The notes under the pieces: generated by a model | Databases searched by the model: none | What the model saw: only the letters and a program-made list of their open reading frames with translations | Told to the model about the DNA's origin: nothing | Made by a program: the position numbers and the translations under genes | From: Pseudomonadota bacterium | GTDB lineage: Bacteria; Pseudomonadota; Gammaproteobacteria; Steroidobacterales; Steroidobacteraceae | DNA length: 64,000 nt | Direction: 5' to 3' | NCBI GenBank assembly: GCA_046733635.1 | Contig: JBKPPO010000091.1 | Location: 10 to 64,009, forward strand | Part shown: piece after piece, positions 44,806 to 54,744 of the stretch | Layout of the letters: the number at the start of each line of letters is the position of its first letter | Position numbering within the stretch: the stretch's first letter is position 1

Positions 44806-46443
44806 TCACACCGCGGGCAGGCCACCTTGCGACATTTTTGCGAGACGGGCGCGCTCGGCCGCCGGATCGAGCAGCGGCACCGAATCCAGCAGCATCCGGG
44901 TGTACGGATGCCGGGGTTGCTCGAACACCGACTCGACCGGCCCTTCCTCCACCACGCGGCCCTGGTACATGACGAGCACCCGCTCGCAGAGCTGCCGCAC
45001 GACGGCGAGGTTGTGGCTGATGAACACGATGCTCGTCCCCTGCCGGCGCTTGAACGCCGCCAGTAGTTCGAGGATCTGCGCCTGAATGGATACATCGAGC
45101 GAACTCACCGCCTCGTCGCAGACCAGCAGCCGGGGTTCCACCACCATGGCCCGCGCAATGGCGACACGCTGGCATTGACCGCCCGAGAGTTCCCGGCTGC
45201 GCCTGGCGGCGAGCGCGGATCCCAGGCCAACGCCGTCGAGCATCTCGCGTACCCGGGCGGCGCGCTGCGAGTCGCCGAGATCGGGCCGCAACGCCAGCAG
45301 CGGTTCTTCGACGATTTCGGCGACGCTCTGCAGCGGATCGAGGCTCGCGACCGGATCCTGGAACACGAGTTGCAGCCCGCGCCGGACCTCGTGCCGCGCC
45401 CGGCCCGCCAGTCCTTCGATGGGTTTGCCCAGCCACACGACGTGGCCCGTCTCGACACTGTTGAGTCCCAACAACGCTCGAGCGAGCGAGGATTTTCCGC
45501 AGCCCGACTCGCCCACGATTCCCAGCGCTTCGCCCGCACGTACTTCGAACGAGACGTCCTGCACCGCCTTGAGCACCGGGGCCGCGCGCAGCACGGGCCC
45601 TCGCAGACGGTGATGCACGGACACGTTCCTCACTTCGAGCGTGACGGCTGCCGGCGCTGCCGTGGACACGGCGATCGCCGAATCCATGCGCGGCGTCGCC
45701 GCGATCAGCGAGCGCGTGTATTCGTGCTCTGGCGATTCGAGAACGCGACGCACCTCGCCCCGCTCCACGACGCGCCCCGACTTCATCACCGCGACGTCAT
45801 CGGCCAGCGCGGCGATCACGCCCATGTCGTGTGTGATCACCACCAGCGCGAGGCCACGCTGCTCGAGGAGCTGCCGCAGGAGCGCGAGGAGCTGCGCCTG
45901 CACGGACACGTCGAGCGCGGTGGTCGGCTCGTCGGCGATCAGCAGCTCCGGATCGCAAGCCAAAGCGATCGCGATCATCACGCGCTGTCGCATGCCGCCC
46001 GAAAGCTCATGCGGATACTGACGCAGCCGGCGCGGCACGTCGTTGACGCGCACCTGTTCCAGCAGTTCGGCGGCGCGCGCCAGCGCCGCGGCTTGATCGA
46101 GCTTGCGATGCAGGATCAGCGATTCGGCGATCTGCTCGCCGATCCGCATATGCGGTGTGAGCGAAGTCAGTGGATCCTGGAAGATCATGGCCACGCGCCG
46201 TCCGCGCAGCGCCGCGGCGTTGCGCATCAGGTCGTCGTCTCCCAACTTCGCACTGCCCGAGACGACCGCGCCCTCCCCACCAAGACCCATCATCGCCAGG
46301 AACGCCTGGCTCTTGCCCGCGCCGGATTCTCCGATCACGCCCAGGCATTTGCCGCGTGACAGCTCGATCGACAGGGAATCGACCACGCGCTGCCCCCGAT
46401 ACGACACGCTCCAGTCGCGCACGACGAGCAAGGACTCCGTCAT
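44806..46443 (-). CDS. fused double-ATPase ABC protein (YejF/DppDF-like)
   Basis: Two Walker A motifs (GESGAGKS, GESGCGKS), two signature motifs (LSGGMRQR, LSGGQCQR) and a C-terminal oligopeptide-type extension. Confidence 0.9.
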   Translation of the reverse strand: MTESLLVVRDWSVSYRGQRVVDSLSIELSRGKCLGVIGESGAGKSQAFLAMMGLGGEGAVVSGSAKLGDDDLMRNAAALRGRRVAMIFQDPLTSLTPHMRIGEQIAESLILHRKLDQAAALARAAELLEQVRVNDVPRRLRQYPHELSGGMRQRVMIAIALACDPELLIADEPTTALDVSVQAQLLALLRQLLEQRGLALVVITHDMGVIAALADDVAVMKSGRVVERGEVRRVLESPEHEYTRSLIAATPRMDSAIAVSTAAPAAVTLEVRNVSVHHRLRGPVLRAAPVLKAVQDVSFEVRAGEALGIVGESGCGKSSLARALLGLNSVETGHVVWLGKPIEGLAGRARHEVRRGLQLVFQDPVASLDPLQSVAEIVEEPLLALRPDLGDSQRAARVREMLDGVGLGSALAARRSRELSGGQCQRVAIARAMVVEPRLLVCDEAVSSLDVSIQAQILELLAAFKRRQGTSIVFISHNLAVVRQLCERVLVMYQGRVVEEGPVESVFEQPRHPYTRMLLDSVPLLDPAAERARLAKMSQGGLPAV

Positions 46444-47267
46444 GGCACGCTCCCCTGCGATGAATCGAGCCGCGCGCGCAGACCGTCACCGAGCAGGTTG
46501 AACGAGATCAGCAGCAGCGTGAGCAATCCCGCCGGCACGAGCAGCATCCAGGGCGAACTCTCCATCTCGTGGGCCCCTTCGTTGATGAGACTGCCCAGGC
46601 TGGCGAAAGGCTCCTGCACGCCCAGTCCGAGGAAACTCAGGAAGCTCTCGAACAGGATCATCTGCGGAATGGTGAGTGTGGCGTAGGCGATCACGGGACC
46701 CGCCACGTTGGGCACGATGTGGCGCCACAGTATCCGCGGCGTGCTCACGCCGCTCACGATGGCGGCATCGATGAACTCGCGGCGGCGCAGGCTCAGCGTC
46801 TGGCCACGCACGATGCGCGCCATCGTGAGCCAGCCGACGGCGCCGATCGCGAGCACCAGTGCGGCCAGGCTGCCGCGCTCGAACAGCGTCGACAGGATGA
46901 TCACGATGAACACGTAGGGCAGCGCGTAGATGATGTCGACGAAGCGCATCATCACGGCGTCCGTCCGACCGCCGAGATATCCCGCCACCGCGCCCCAGGC
47001 CACGCCGATGATCACGCTGACGATCGCGGACACGAGTCCGATCAACAGCGAAACACGCAGCGCCTGCATGCCTCGCGCGAACAGATCCCGGCCGAGCCGG
47101 TCCGTGCCCAGCCAGTGCGCGGAATCCCATTGCGGCGGAACCGCGAGGTTCTGCCAGTCGATGAAGTCGTGGCGAAACGGCGAGAGCCAGGGCGCCGCCA
47201 GCGCCACAGCCGTGAACGCCAGGATGATCCCGAGCGCGATGCGCGATTGCCGGTTGAGAAAGCTCAT
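46440..47267 (-). CDS. ABC transporter permease (YejE/DppC-like)
   Basis: HWLGTDRLGRDLFAR and a BPD-type permease core. ATGA overlaps on both sides. Confidence 0.88.
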   Translation of the reverse strand: MSFLNRQSRIALGIILAFTAVALAAPWLSPFRHDFIDWQNLAVPPQWDSAHWLGTDRLGRDLFARGMQALRVSLLIGLVSAIVSVIIGVAWGAVAGYLGGRTDAVMMRFVDIIYALPYVFIVIILSTLFERGSLAALVLAIGAVGWLTMARIVRGQTLSLRRREFIDAAIVSGVSTPRILWRHIVPNVAGPVIAYATLTIPQMILFESFLSFLGLGVQEPFASLGSLINEGAHEMESSPWMLLVPAGLLTLLLISFNLLGDGLRARLDSSQGSVP

Positions 47268-48184
47268 AAACGCACTCGCGGATCCAGCCATCCGTACAGC
47301 AGATCGGCGATCAGGTTGCAGACCAGCGTGAACACGCCGTAGACGAGGATCATGCCCATGACCAGTGGATAGTCGCGGTCGATGGCGCCCTGCACGAGAT
47401 AACGCCCCGAACCCGGCAGGCCGAACACGGACTCCACCACGAGCGAGCCGGTGATCACGAAGGCGATGGCGGGGCCGAGGTAACTCACGACGGGAATCAG
47501 CGCCGGCCGAAGCGCATGCCGCAGGAAGATCACCCGCGCCGGCAATCCCTTGGCGCGGGCCGTACGAATGTAGTTGGCGCGCAGCACCTCCTGGAGGCTG
47601 CCGCGCATCAGGCGGGCGACGTAGGCTGCCACGGGCAATGCCAGCGTGATCACCGGCAGCACCAGGAAACCGAGTTCCCCCGGTTCGTAACCGGCGACGC
47701 GAAAGATCGGCCAGTAGATGCCGAAGATCAGCGCGAGCAGCGGACCGACCACGAACCCGGGGAGCACCACCGCCAGCATGGCGAGATTCATCGTGGCGTG
47801 GTCCGTGAAACTTCCGGCTCGCCACGCGGCGAGCGCACCCAGCGGCACGCCTGTCAGGAAGGCCAGCGCGGCCGCGGCCAGGCCGATAGTTAGGCTGAGC
47901 GGCAGGCCCGTGAGGATGAGCTCGTCGACGCGGAAATCCTTGTACCGGAACGACGGACCGAGATCCCCCTGCACCACCCCCGCGAGGTAACGGCCGTACT
48001 GCGTGAGCAGCGGCTGATCGAGCCCATAGGCGGCGTCGAGGTTGGCGCGGATGGCGGGCGGCAGCGCCTGCTCCTGGTCGAAGGGGCTGCCCGGCGCGAG
48101 CCGGATGATGAAGAAGGACAGGCTGACGAGAACGAACAGGGTCGGGACGAGCCCGGCGATACGGCGCAATGCGTAGGCAAACAC
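47264..48184 (-). CDS. ABC transporter permease (YejB/DppB-like)
   Basis: MFAYALRRIAG..., YIRTARAKGL motif, 306 aa. Confidence 0.9.
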   Translation of the reverse strand: MFAYALRRIAGLVPTLFVLVSLSFFIIRLAPGSPFDQEQALPPAIRANLDAAYGLDQPLLTQYGRYLAGVVQGDLGPSFRYKDFRVDELILTGLPLSLTIGLAAAALAFLTGVPLGALAAWRAGSFTDHATMNLAMLAVVLPGFVVGPLLALIFGIYWPIFRVAGYEPGELGFLVLPVITLALPVAAYVARLMRGSLQEVLRANYIRTARAKGLPARVIFLRHALRPALIPVVSYLGPAIAFVITGSLVVESVFGLPGSGRYLVQGAIDRDYPLVMGMILVYGVFTLVCNLIADLLYGWLDPRVRL

Positions 48185-48244
48185 GTACTAATAAACCTCC
48201 GCCGCGACCTCGATCACCCGCGAGACTCCCGATACACTCGAACG

Positions 48245-49012
48245 ATGGATACTCCAACGAATTCCCGACGAATTCTCGTCGCAATCAAACGCGTCGTCGA
48301 CTACAACGTGCGCATCCGCGTGAAACCGGATGGCGCCGGCGTGATGCTCGACGGCGTCAAGCTCAGCATCAATCCCTTCGACGCCATCGCCATCGAGGAA
48401 GCCCTGCGCATCAAGGAGCGCGGGCTCGCCGATGAGGTCGTGGTCGCCAGCATCGGCCCTGCCGATCTGCAGGCCACGCTGCGCAATGCGCTCGCCATGG
48501 GCGCGCAGCGCGCGTTGCACGTCGTGGCCGATGCGCCGCTCGAGCCGCTGTCCACCGCGCGCGTACTGCGGAAGCTGGTGGAGAAGGAATCGCCCCTGCT
48601 CGTCATCCTCGGGAAGCAGGCCATCGACGATGACAACAACCAGACGGGCCAGATGCTCGCCGCCCTCTGGGACCGCCCGCAAGCCACGTTCGCTTCCAAG
48701 GTGGAGATCGCGGACGGCAAGGCGAAGGTCACACGCGAAGTGGACGCGGGCCTCGAAACCCTGGAGATCGATCTGCCGGCCGTGATCACCACGGACCTGC
48801 GGCTCAACGAACCGCGCTTCGTGAAGCTCCCGGAGATCATGAAGGCCAAATCGAAACCCCTGACGACGATCCCCCTGGCGGAGGTCGGCGGCGCGGGAGA
48901 GGTGCGCGTGAAGGTGCTCAAGACCGAAGCGCCCGCCGGGCGACAGAAGGGAATTCTCGTGAAAGATGCGGGCGAACTGTTCGCCGAACTGCGCAAGCGG
49001 GGGCTCGTATGA
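48245..49012 (+). CDS. etfB: electron transfer flavoprotein beta subunit
   Basis: ILVAIKRVVDYNVRIRVK and GKQAIDDDNNQTGQMLA. Confidence 0.95.
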   Translation: MDTPTNSRRILVAIKRVVDYNVRIRVKPDGAGVMLDGVKLSINPFDAIAIEEALRIKERGLADEVVVASIGPADLQATLRNALAMGAQRALHVVADAPLEPLSTARVLRKLVEKESPLLVILGKQAIDDDNNQTGQMLAALWDRPQATFASKVEIADGKAKVTREVDAGLETLEIDLPAVITTDLRLNEPRFVKLPEIMKAKSKPLTTIPLAEVGGAGEVRVKVLKTEAPAGRQKGILVKDAGELFAELRKRGLV

Positions 49013-49962
49013 CCCAGGTACTCGTGATCGCCGAACATGATGGCCAGAAGCTCAACGGCTCCACGGCCAAGGTCGTGAAAGCCGCGGGTGCACTCGGCGC
49101 TTCGGAAATCGCCGTCGCCGTGTTCGCCGCGCCAGGCGCTCCGGTCGCCGCACAGGCGGCGGCGCTGGCCGGCGTGTCCCGCGTGCTCGAGGTGTCGAAT
49201 CCCGCGCATGCACATCTGCTGGCCGCGACCGTGGCGCCGCAGGTGGCAGAGCTCGCGCAGCCGTTCACCCATGTGTTCGGGCCTTCCACTACGTTCGGCA
49301 AGGACCTCATGCCGCGTGTCGCCGCACTGCTGGACGCGCCGCAGGTGTCCGACGTCATGGCCATCGAAAGCGCGACGCGTTTCCGGCGGCCTATCTATGC
49401 CGGCAACGCCATCACCACCGTGGAGGTGGCTGCCGGCGTGAAGATCGTGGCTACGATCCGCATCGCGTCTTTCGAATCGGCCGCTGCCGGCGGGTCCGCG
49501 ACAGTGGAGAGCGTGACGCCTGCCGCTGCCCTGCCCGCGCATACGCGGTTCGTGGATCTCGCGGCGGCCGGCGGCGATCGACCGGACCTGCAGAGCGCCA
49601 CGAAGGTGATCTCGGGCGGCCGTGCACTGGCCAGCAGCGATGCTTTCAAGGTGATCTATTCACTGGCGGACCGGATCGGCGCCGCCGTCGGCGCTTCGCG
49701 CGCGGCCGTGGATGCGGGTTACGTGCCCAGCGACATGCAGGTGGGCCAGACGGGCAAGATCATCGCGCCGGAGCTGTACATCGCGATCGGCATCTCCGGG
49801 GCCATCCAGCATCTGACCGGTATCAAGGACGCGCGCACCATCGTCGCCATCAACAAGGATCCGGAAGCGCCGATCTTCGAGATCGCCGACATCGGGCTCG
49901 TCGGGGACCTCTTCACCGTGGTGCCCGAACTCGAGAAGCTGATCGCCTCGAATCCCAAGTGA
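49009..49962 (+). CDS. etfA: electron transfer flavoprotein alpha subunit
   Basis: [41 protein letters not shown] overlap with etfB. Confidence 0.95.
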   Translation: MTQVLVIAEHDGQKLNGSTAKVVKAAGALGASEIAVAVFAAPGAPVAAQAAALAGVSRVLEVSNPAHAHLLAATVAPQVAELAQPFTHVFGPSTTFGKDLMPRVAALLDAPQVSDVMAIESATRFRRPIYAGNAITTVEVAAGVKIVATIRIASFESAAAGGSATVESVTPAAALPAHTRFVDLAAAGGDRPDLQSATKVISGGRALASSDAFKVIYSLADRIGAAVGASRAAVDAGYVPSDMQVGQTGKIIAPELYIAIGISGAIQHLTGIKDARTIVAINKDPEAPIFEIADIGLVGDLFTVVPELEKLIASNPK

Positions 49963-49974
49963 GCTGGTTGGCAA

Positions 49975-50000
49975 GGGGACAGACTTGAAGTCTGTCCCCT
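49975..50000. terminator. perfect 11-bp hairpin between convergent etfA and peroxiredoxin genes
   Basis: GGGGACAGACT, loop TGA, AGTCTGTCCCC. No T tract on either side. Confidence 0.5.
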
Positions 50001-50007
50001 CCCGAGA

Positions 50008-50490
50008 TCACAACTTCCCGAGAATGTAGTCCGCGGCGCTGACCTTGAACTCCTTCGGCGCCTCCACTTCCACCTGCGTGGCCACGCCGTCCTTCACCAC
50101 GAGCGCGAAGCGCTGACCGCGCGTGCCCATGCCGAAACCGCGCCCGTCCATCTCGAGACCCAGCGCCTTGGCGTATTCACCGTTGCCGTCCGCGAGCATC
50201 AGCACGTTGTCGCCAACGTTCGAATGTTTGCCCCAGGCACTCATGACGAACACGTCGTTGACCGCCATGCAGGCGATGGTGTCCACGCCCTTGGCCTTGA
50301 TCGCCGCCGCGTGCTCGACATACCCGGGCAGATGTTTGGCGTCGCAGGTCGGGGTGAACGCGCCAGGCACGGAGAACAGCACCACGGTCTTGCCCTTGAA
50401 GAGCTGGTCGGTGGTGAGATCCTGGATGCCATCCTGGGTCTTGGTCTTGAACGTGCCCGCGGGCATCTTGTCGCCTGCCTTGATCGCCAT
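50008..50490 (-). CDS. Prx5-type peroxiredoxin
   Basis: [13 protein letters not shown] peroxidatic Cys motif, 160 aa. Confidence 0.92.
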   Translation of the reverse strand: MAIKAGDKMPAGTFKTKTQDGIQDLTTDQLFKGKTVVLFSVPGAFTPTCDAKHLPGYVEHAAAIKAKGVDTIACMAVNDVFVMSAWGKHSNVGDNVLMLADGNGEYAKALGLEMDGRGFGMGTRGQRFALVVKDGVATQVEVEAPKEFKVSAADYILGKL

Positions 50491-50510
50491 GTGTCAGCTC
50501 CTTCGTTGAA

Positions 50511-51068
50511 TCACTTCGGGCGCGATTGCGCCGCGAATTCCAGATCGGCCTTGAAGCGGAAGTCCCCGCTGCGTTCGACGACGTCGAGCGCGCTCGCGCC
50601 CGACTCGTCCTTGATCGTGTAGTCGGCTCCGCGCCGCACCAGGTATTTCGCCGTCTCCTGGCGCCCACCGAGCAGCGCGAAGTGCAGTGGCGTGCCGCCC
50701 GCGGAGCCCTTGTCGTTGACGTCGATGCCGCGGTCGATCAGCAATCCGCAGATGCCCGTCATGCCGCTCTGCGCGGCGTAGTGCAGCACGCTGTTGCCAT
50801 CGTTGTCGCGAGCCTTGATGTCGGCGCCGCTTTCGATGAGGCCCTGAGCCGAACTGCTCTGGCCGTTCTTCACGGACAGCAGCAAGGGGGTGTCGCCGCC
50901 GGACAGTTTCGCGTTCACGTCGCCGCCTTTCTTCAAGGCTTCGGCGACGGCCTCACGGTCGTTCTTCGCGACAGCTTCCTCCAGCGGTTGTTTGCCGCAG
51001 GCCGCCAGCACGAGCATCGACATCGCAAACGCCATCGCGGCCGCCGGCCGCCACACAGTCTGACTCAC
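50511..51068 (-). CDS. ankyrin-repeat lipoprotein
   Basis: Lipobox LVLAAC-GK. Three to four ANK-like repeats (GDTPLLLSVKNG, GNSVLHYAAQSG, GGTPLHFALLGG). GTG 51068 would overlap the HMG-CoA lyase stop codon (alternative start ATG 51035). Confidence 0.75.
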   Translation of the reverse strand: MSQTVWRPAAAMAFAMSMLVLAACGKQPLEEAVAKNDREAVAEALKKGGDVNAKLSGGDTPLLLSVKNGQSSSAQGLIESGADIKARDNDGNSVLHYAAQSGMTGICGLLIDRGIDVNDKGSAGGTPLHFALLGGRQETAKYLVRRGADYTIKDESGASALDVVERSGDFRFKADLEFAAQSRPK

Positions 51069-51997
51069 GCGTTCTCCGTTCTTCTCGTTGTCGCCGGAAA
51101 CAGTCCGGCCTTGACGACCATGCCGGGCACGGCGTGATCGAGTGTGTCCTGCAGCCACCGGCTGGTGTCGAGCAACGCGGGCAGATCCACGCCGGTCTCA
51201 TGACCCATGCGGTGGAGCATGTACAGGAGATCCTCGGTGGGGATGTTGCCCGTGGCCGCGGGCGCGAACGGGCAGCCGCCGATGCCGCCACAACTTGCAT
51301 CCAATGCGCGTACGCCCGCTTCCACCGCGGCGTAAGCATTCGCGAGGCCGGTGTTGCGAGTGTTGTGGAAATGCGCGCGCCACTCGATGTGCGGGAGTTC
51401 GGCGCGCAGCGCGCCGATGAGCGAGGTCACCTGCGTCGGTACGGCGACGCCGATCGTGTCCGCGACGGCGATCTCGGTGGGCTCGCCCGCCGCGAGCTTG
51501 TGGGCGATCGCCACCACGCGCGCCACCGATACCTCGCCTTCGAAGGGACAGCCGAATGCCGTGGAGATGGTGATCTGCGCGCGGAGGCCGGCCGACCTCG
51601 CGGCCGAAGCGATGTCCAGCCAGGCCGCAATTCCCTCGTCGACGCTACAGCCCTGGTTTCGTTGACTGAAACTCTCGGTGGCCGCAATCGCCATGCCCAC
51701 TTCCGGGCACCCGGCCGCCTGGGCGCGATCGAAGCCCCGGCGATTCAGCACCAGCCCGATGAATCCCGCCTGCGGCGTCGCCTGGAGCGCGGCGAACATC
51801 GCTTCCGCGTCCGCCATCTGCGGCACGCGCTTGGGATTCACGAAACTCGCGACCTCCATGCGTCGCAGCCCGGCGGCGAGCAGGCGGCGCACGAATTCCA
51901 CCTTGAGCTCGGTGGGCATGACACGCGGCTCGCTCTGCAGTCCATCGCGAGGCCCCACCTCCACGATCTCGATTCGTCCGGACTCATTGGCTGACAT
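51065..51997 (-). CDS. hydroxymethylglutaryl-CoA lyase
   Basis: IVEVGPRDGLQ and the HFHNTRNTGLAN motif typical of HMGL-like enzymes. Confidence 0.92.
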   Translation of the reverse strand: MSANESGRIEIVEVGPRDGLQSEPRVMPTELKVEFVRRLLAAGLRRMEVASFVNPKRVPQMADAEAMFAALQATPQAGFIGLVLNRRGFDRAQAAGCPEVGMAIAATESFSQRNQGCSVDEGIAAWLDIASAARSAGLRAQITISTAFGCPFEGEVSVARVVAIAHKLAAGEPTEIAVADTIGVAVPTQVTSLIGALRAELPHIEWRAHFHNTRNTGLANAYAAVEAGVRALDASCGGIGGCPFAPAATGNIPTEDLLYMLHRMGHETGVDLPALLDTSRWLQDTLDHAVPGMVVKAGLFPATTRRTENA

Positions 51998-52062
51998 GGC
52001 GCGGATTCTATACGGGCACGCGCTTGACCCTGCGGTCCGCGCGCCGGTACAAACCCGGCGCC

Positions 52063-53274
52063 ATGAATCACACCCCGATACCCAACACCGGCGCCCTGGC
52101 CGACCTTCGCGTGCTCGAACTCGGCACGCTCATCGCCGGGCCCTTCTGCGGTCAATTGCTGGGCGACATGGGGGCCGAGGTCATCAAGATCGAAGCGCCC
52201 GGCCAGGGCGATCCGATGCGTCACTGGGGCCCGCAGAAGCGCGGCATGCCGTCGGTATGGTGGCCGGTGATCGGGCGAAACAAGAAGGCCATCACCCTGG
52301 ATCTTCGACAGGCTGAAGGACAACGCCTTTTCAAACACTTATGCCGCAAAGCGGATGTAATCATCGAGAACTTCCGGCCGGGCACTCTCGAGAAATGGAA
52401 TCTCGGTTGGACAGAGCTGTCGGCTATCAATCCTCGACTGATCCTGGTCCGCGTCTCCGGCTACGGCCAGACGGGTCCCTATTCACAACGCGCGGGCTAC
52501 GGCGGCATCGGAGAAGCGATGGGTGGCCTTCGATACATCGTGGGCGAGCCGGACCGGCCGCCGTCACGGGTGGGCATCAGCATCGGCGATTCGCTGGCGG
52601 CTGTACATGCCTGCATGGGCACACTGGCCGCGCTCCATCATCGGGACCGGACCGGCGCGGGTCAGGTGGTGGATGCGGCGATCTACGAATCCGTGCTCAG
52701 CATGATGGAGTCGCTGGTCACCGAGTACGACCAGCTAGGCCACGTGCGCGAACGCAGCGGACCCATCCTGCCGCGCATCGCGCCGAGCAACGTGTATCCC
52801 ACGCGGGATGGCATCGTGATGATCGGCGCCAACCAGGACACGGTGTTCGCGCGATTCTGCGAGGCCATGGGCACCCCGGCGCTTGCGCAGGACGCGCGTT
52901 ACCGGGACCACACGGCGCGCGGCGAGAATCAGCAGGAGCTCGACGAGCTCATCGCGGCCTGGACTGCGACCCTGGGAACGAGGGAACTGCTGGAGCGGCT
53001 CGAGCAGTACGGCATCCCCTCCGGCCTCATCTATCGCACCGCGGACATGCTCACGGATCCGCACTTCCAGGCGCGCGAAGCCATCATCACGACCCAGCAC
53101 CCCGCCTTCGGGACACTTCGAATGCAGAACGTCGCGCCTCGATTGTCCGCCACGCCGAGCTCGGTGCGCAGCCCGGCGCCGGAAATGGGCCAGCACAACG
53201 ACGCGATCTATGGCGACTTGTTAGGGCTCGACACCGCGCAACGCGAAGCGCTGAAGTCGCGCGGCGTGATCTGA
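52063..53274 (+). CDS. family III CoA-transferase (CaiB/BaiF family)
   Basis: LRVLELGTLIAGPFCGQLLGDMGAEVIKIE and the catalytic-region SGYGQTGPY. Start at ATG 52063. Confidence 0.9.
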   Translation: MNHTPIPNTGALADLRVLELGTLIAGPFCGQLLGDMGAEVIKIEAPGQGDPMRHWGPQKRGMPSVWWPVIGRNKKAITLDLRQAEGQRLFKHLCRKADVIIENFRPGTLEKWNLGWTELSAINPRLILVRVSGYGQTGPYSQRAGYGGIGEAMGGLRYIVGEPDRPPSRVGISIGDSLAAVHACMGTLAALHHRDRTGAGQVVDAAIYESVLSMMESLVTEYDQLGHVRERSGPILPRIAPSNVYPTRDGIVMIGANQDTVFARFCEAMGTPALAQDARYRDHTARGENQQELDELIAAWTATLGTRELLERLEQYGIPSGLIYRTADMLTDPHFQAREAIITTQHPAFGTLRMQNVAPRLSATPSSVRSPAPEMGQHNDAIYGDLLGLDTAQREALKSRGVI

Positions 53275-53300
53275 GCGCATCGGATGAACTCACACGCCTG

Positions 53301-53332
53301 AAAAGATAAGGCCGGGCAGAGCCCGGCCTTTT
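53301..53332. terminator. bidirectional intrinsic terminator between the CoA-transferase and TPR genes
   Basis: AAGGCCGGGC (53308-53317), loop AGA, GCCCGGCCTT (53321-53330), flanked by AAAA and TT. Confidence 0.75.
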
Positions 53333-53352
53333 CAATTGCATTGCAGGCTGAA

Positions 53353-54588
53353 TCAGGTGTTCAGCAGCCAGAGGCCCGCGATGCGCTTCAGCGTGGGATC
53401 GGTCTTGACCGAGCTGAATGCCTTCTTGGCTTCCGGCTTGTTGTTGGCGCGCAGGCTCGCGATGCCCAAGAGCAGACCCGCCTGGTCCGAGCTCGTGAGC
53501 CCGCCCTTGGCGATACCTGCCTTGAGGTTCTCCACGGCCTTGGCGTTATCGCCGAAGCCGAAGTACGACGCACCCACCTGGACGAGCTGATCGCCGTTGG
53601 CAGCGCCCTTCGCGGCAGCTTCCTTGGCGGCCAGCGCGGCCTTTTCCTTGGCAGCCGCAGCCTTCGCCGCGTTCAGCAGACGCGTGTTCTTGTCGATCTC
53701 ACGCTGGTCCGTGTACAGCTTCTTCGCAAACGCCTGCTCGAGGATGGCCTGAGCCTCACCCGCGATACCGAGGTCCATGGCGATCTGCGCCATCTCGGTG
53801 TACTCGGACGGCTTCTTCATCACGTTCACCGTGACCGCGAGGCGCATCACGTTGATCTTCTGCTCGTCCGTCAGATCGCTCTGCGTGAGCGCGACCAGCA
53901 GGTTCTGCCAGTACTCGGGCTTCGGATAGTAGACCACCAGCTTTTCGAACAACCGCGTCACGCAGTTGTTGTCGTTGGCTTTCTGGCAGGAAGCGAGCAC
54001 CAGCAGCATGGTGTCTTCTTTCGGCCGCTGGCCCGACTTCTCGAACTGCGCGATGACATCGTTCATCACCCGAACGGCTTCCTTGTTGTTGCCGCTCTGG
54101 TAGTACGCCTGACCCAGCGTGACCATGAGCTCCGGATCCTGCTTGAGCTTGAGTCCGCGGTTCGCGTACTCGATGGCCTTGGGGTACTGCTTCATCTGGT
54201 AGTAGATGGCCGTGAGCGCCTTGATGCGATCCGGCTTCTTCGCGTCCGCCATGCACGGAGAGTTCAGCGCGGCTTCGAATTCCCGCGCGGCTTCCCCGAG
54301 CTGGTTCGTCTGGCTGTACGCATAGCCTTTGAATTCGTTCATGTAGAACTGGTCGAAGGCCGATTTGATGTAGCCGGTGGTGGCTTCTGCGGCGCGCACT
54401 TGCGTGAGCACCTCTTGCCACTTGCGGGCCTGGATCGCCTTGTTCGCCGCGTCCATGGGCTTGGCAATCTGCTTGCTGATCTTGCCGCCACCGGTGCAGC
54501 CGCCCTGAGCCAGAGCGGTGGTGCTGGCACCCGCGCCCATCATCAGAACCGCCGCCGCTGCGACGCCGAAACGCGAACGAATTGACAC
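53353..54588 (-). CDS. secreted tetratricopeptide-repeat protein (paralog 2)
   Basis: Signal peptide. TPR-like A/Y/L periodicity throughout. Collinear similarity to the 54745-55968 product. Confidence 0.8.
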   Translation of the reverse strand: MSIRSRFGVAAAAVLMMGAGASTTALAQGGCTGGGKISKQIAKPMDAANKAIQARKWQEVLTQVRAAEATTGYIKSAFDQFYMNEFKGYAYSQTNQLGEAAREFEAALNSPCMADAKKPDRIKALTAIYYQMKQYPKAIEYANRGLKLKQDPELMVTLGQAYYQSGNNKEAVRVMNDVIAQFEKSGQRPKEDTMLLVLASCQKANDNNCVTRLFEKLVVYYPKPEYWQNLLVALTQSDLTDEQKINVMRLAVTVNVMKKPSEYTEMAQIAMDLGIAGEAQAILEQAFAKKLYTDQREIDKNTRLLNAAKAAAAKEKAALAAKEAAAKGAANGDQLVQVGASYFGFGDNAKAVENLKAGIAKGGLTSSDQAGLLLGIASLRANNKPEAKKAFSSVKTDPTLKRIAGLWLLNT

Positions 54589-54744
54589 TGTCTAACGCTC
54601 CTCTCAAAGCGGCCGCGGCCCTTCTCCGCAACCTGTAATGGGCCTAATGGTTTCAGTGGCCCCTGGGGTTTGCAAGCCACCCGAGGAACAGCGATGGCCG
54701 ATTTTGCTGTCGGTTCACGCTGATCCCTCGCACCATTCCGGATC

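Noticed and set aside
43476-45095. 539-aa version of the aminotransferase ORF. Similar N-terminally extended versions exist for the lactonase, TBDR, pabC, AddA, tonB, gspG/H/K/L/M, GumN-like and CoA-transferase ORFs.
   Set aside because: The extensions overlap neighbouring genes and are Arg/Pro-rich, and the family-typical N-termini or signal peptides begin at the internal start codons. Several of those starts form ATGA/GTGA overlaps with the upstream stop codon.
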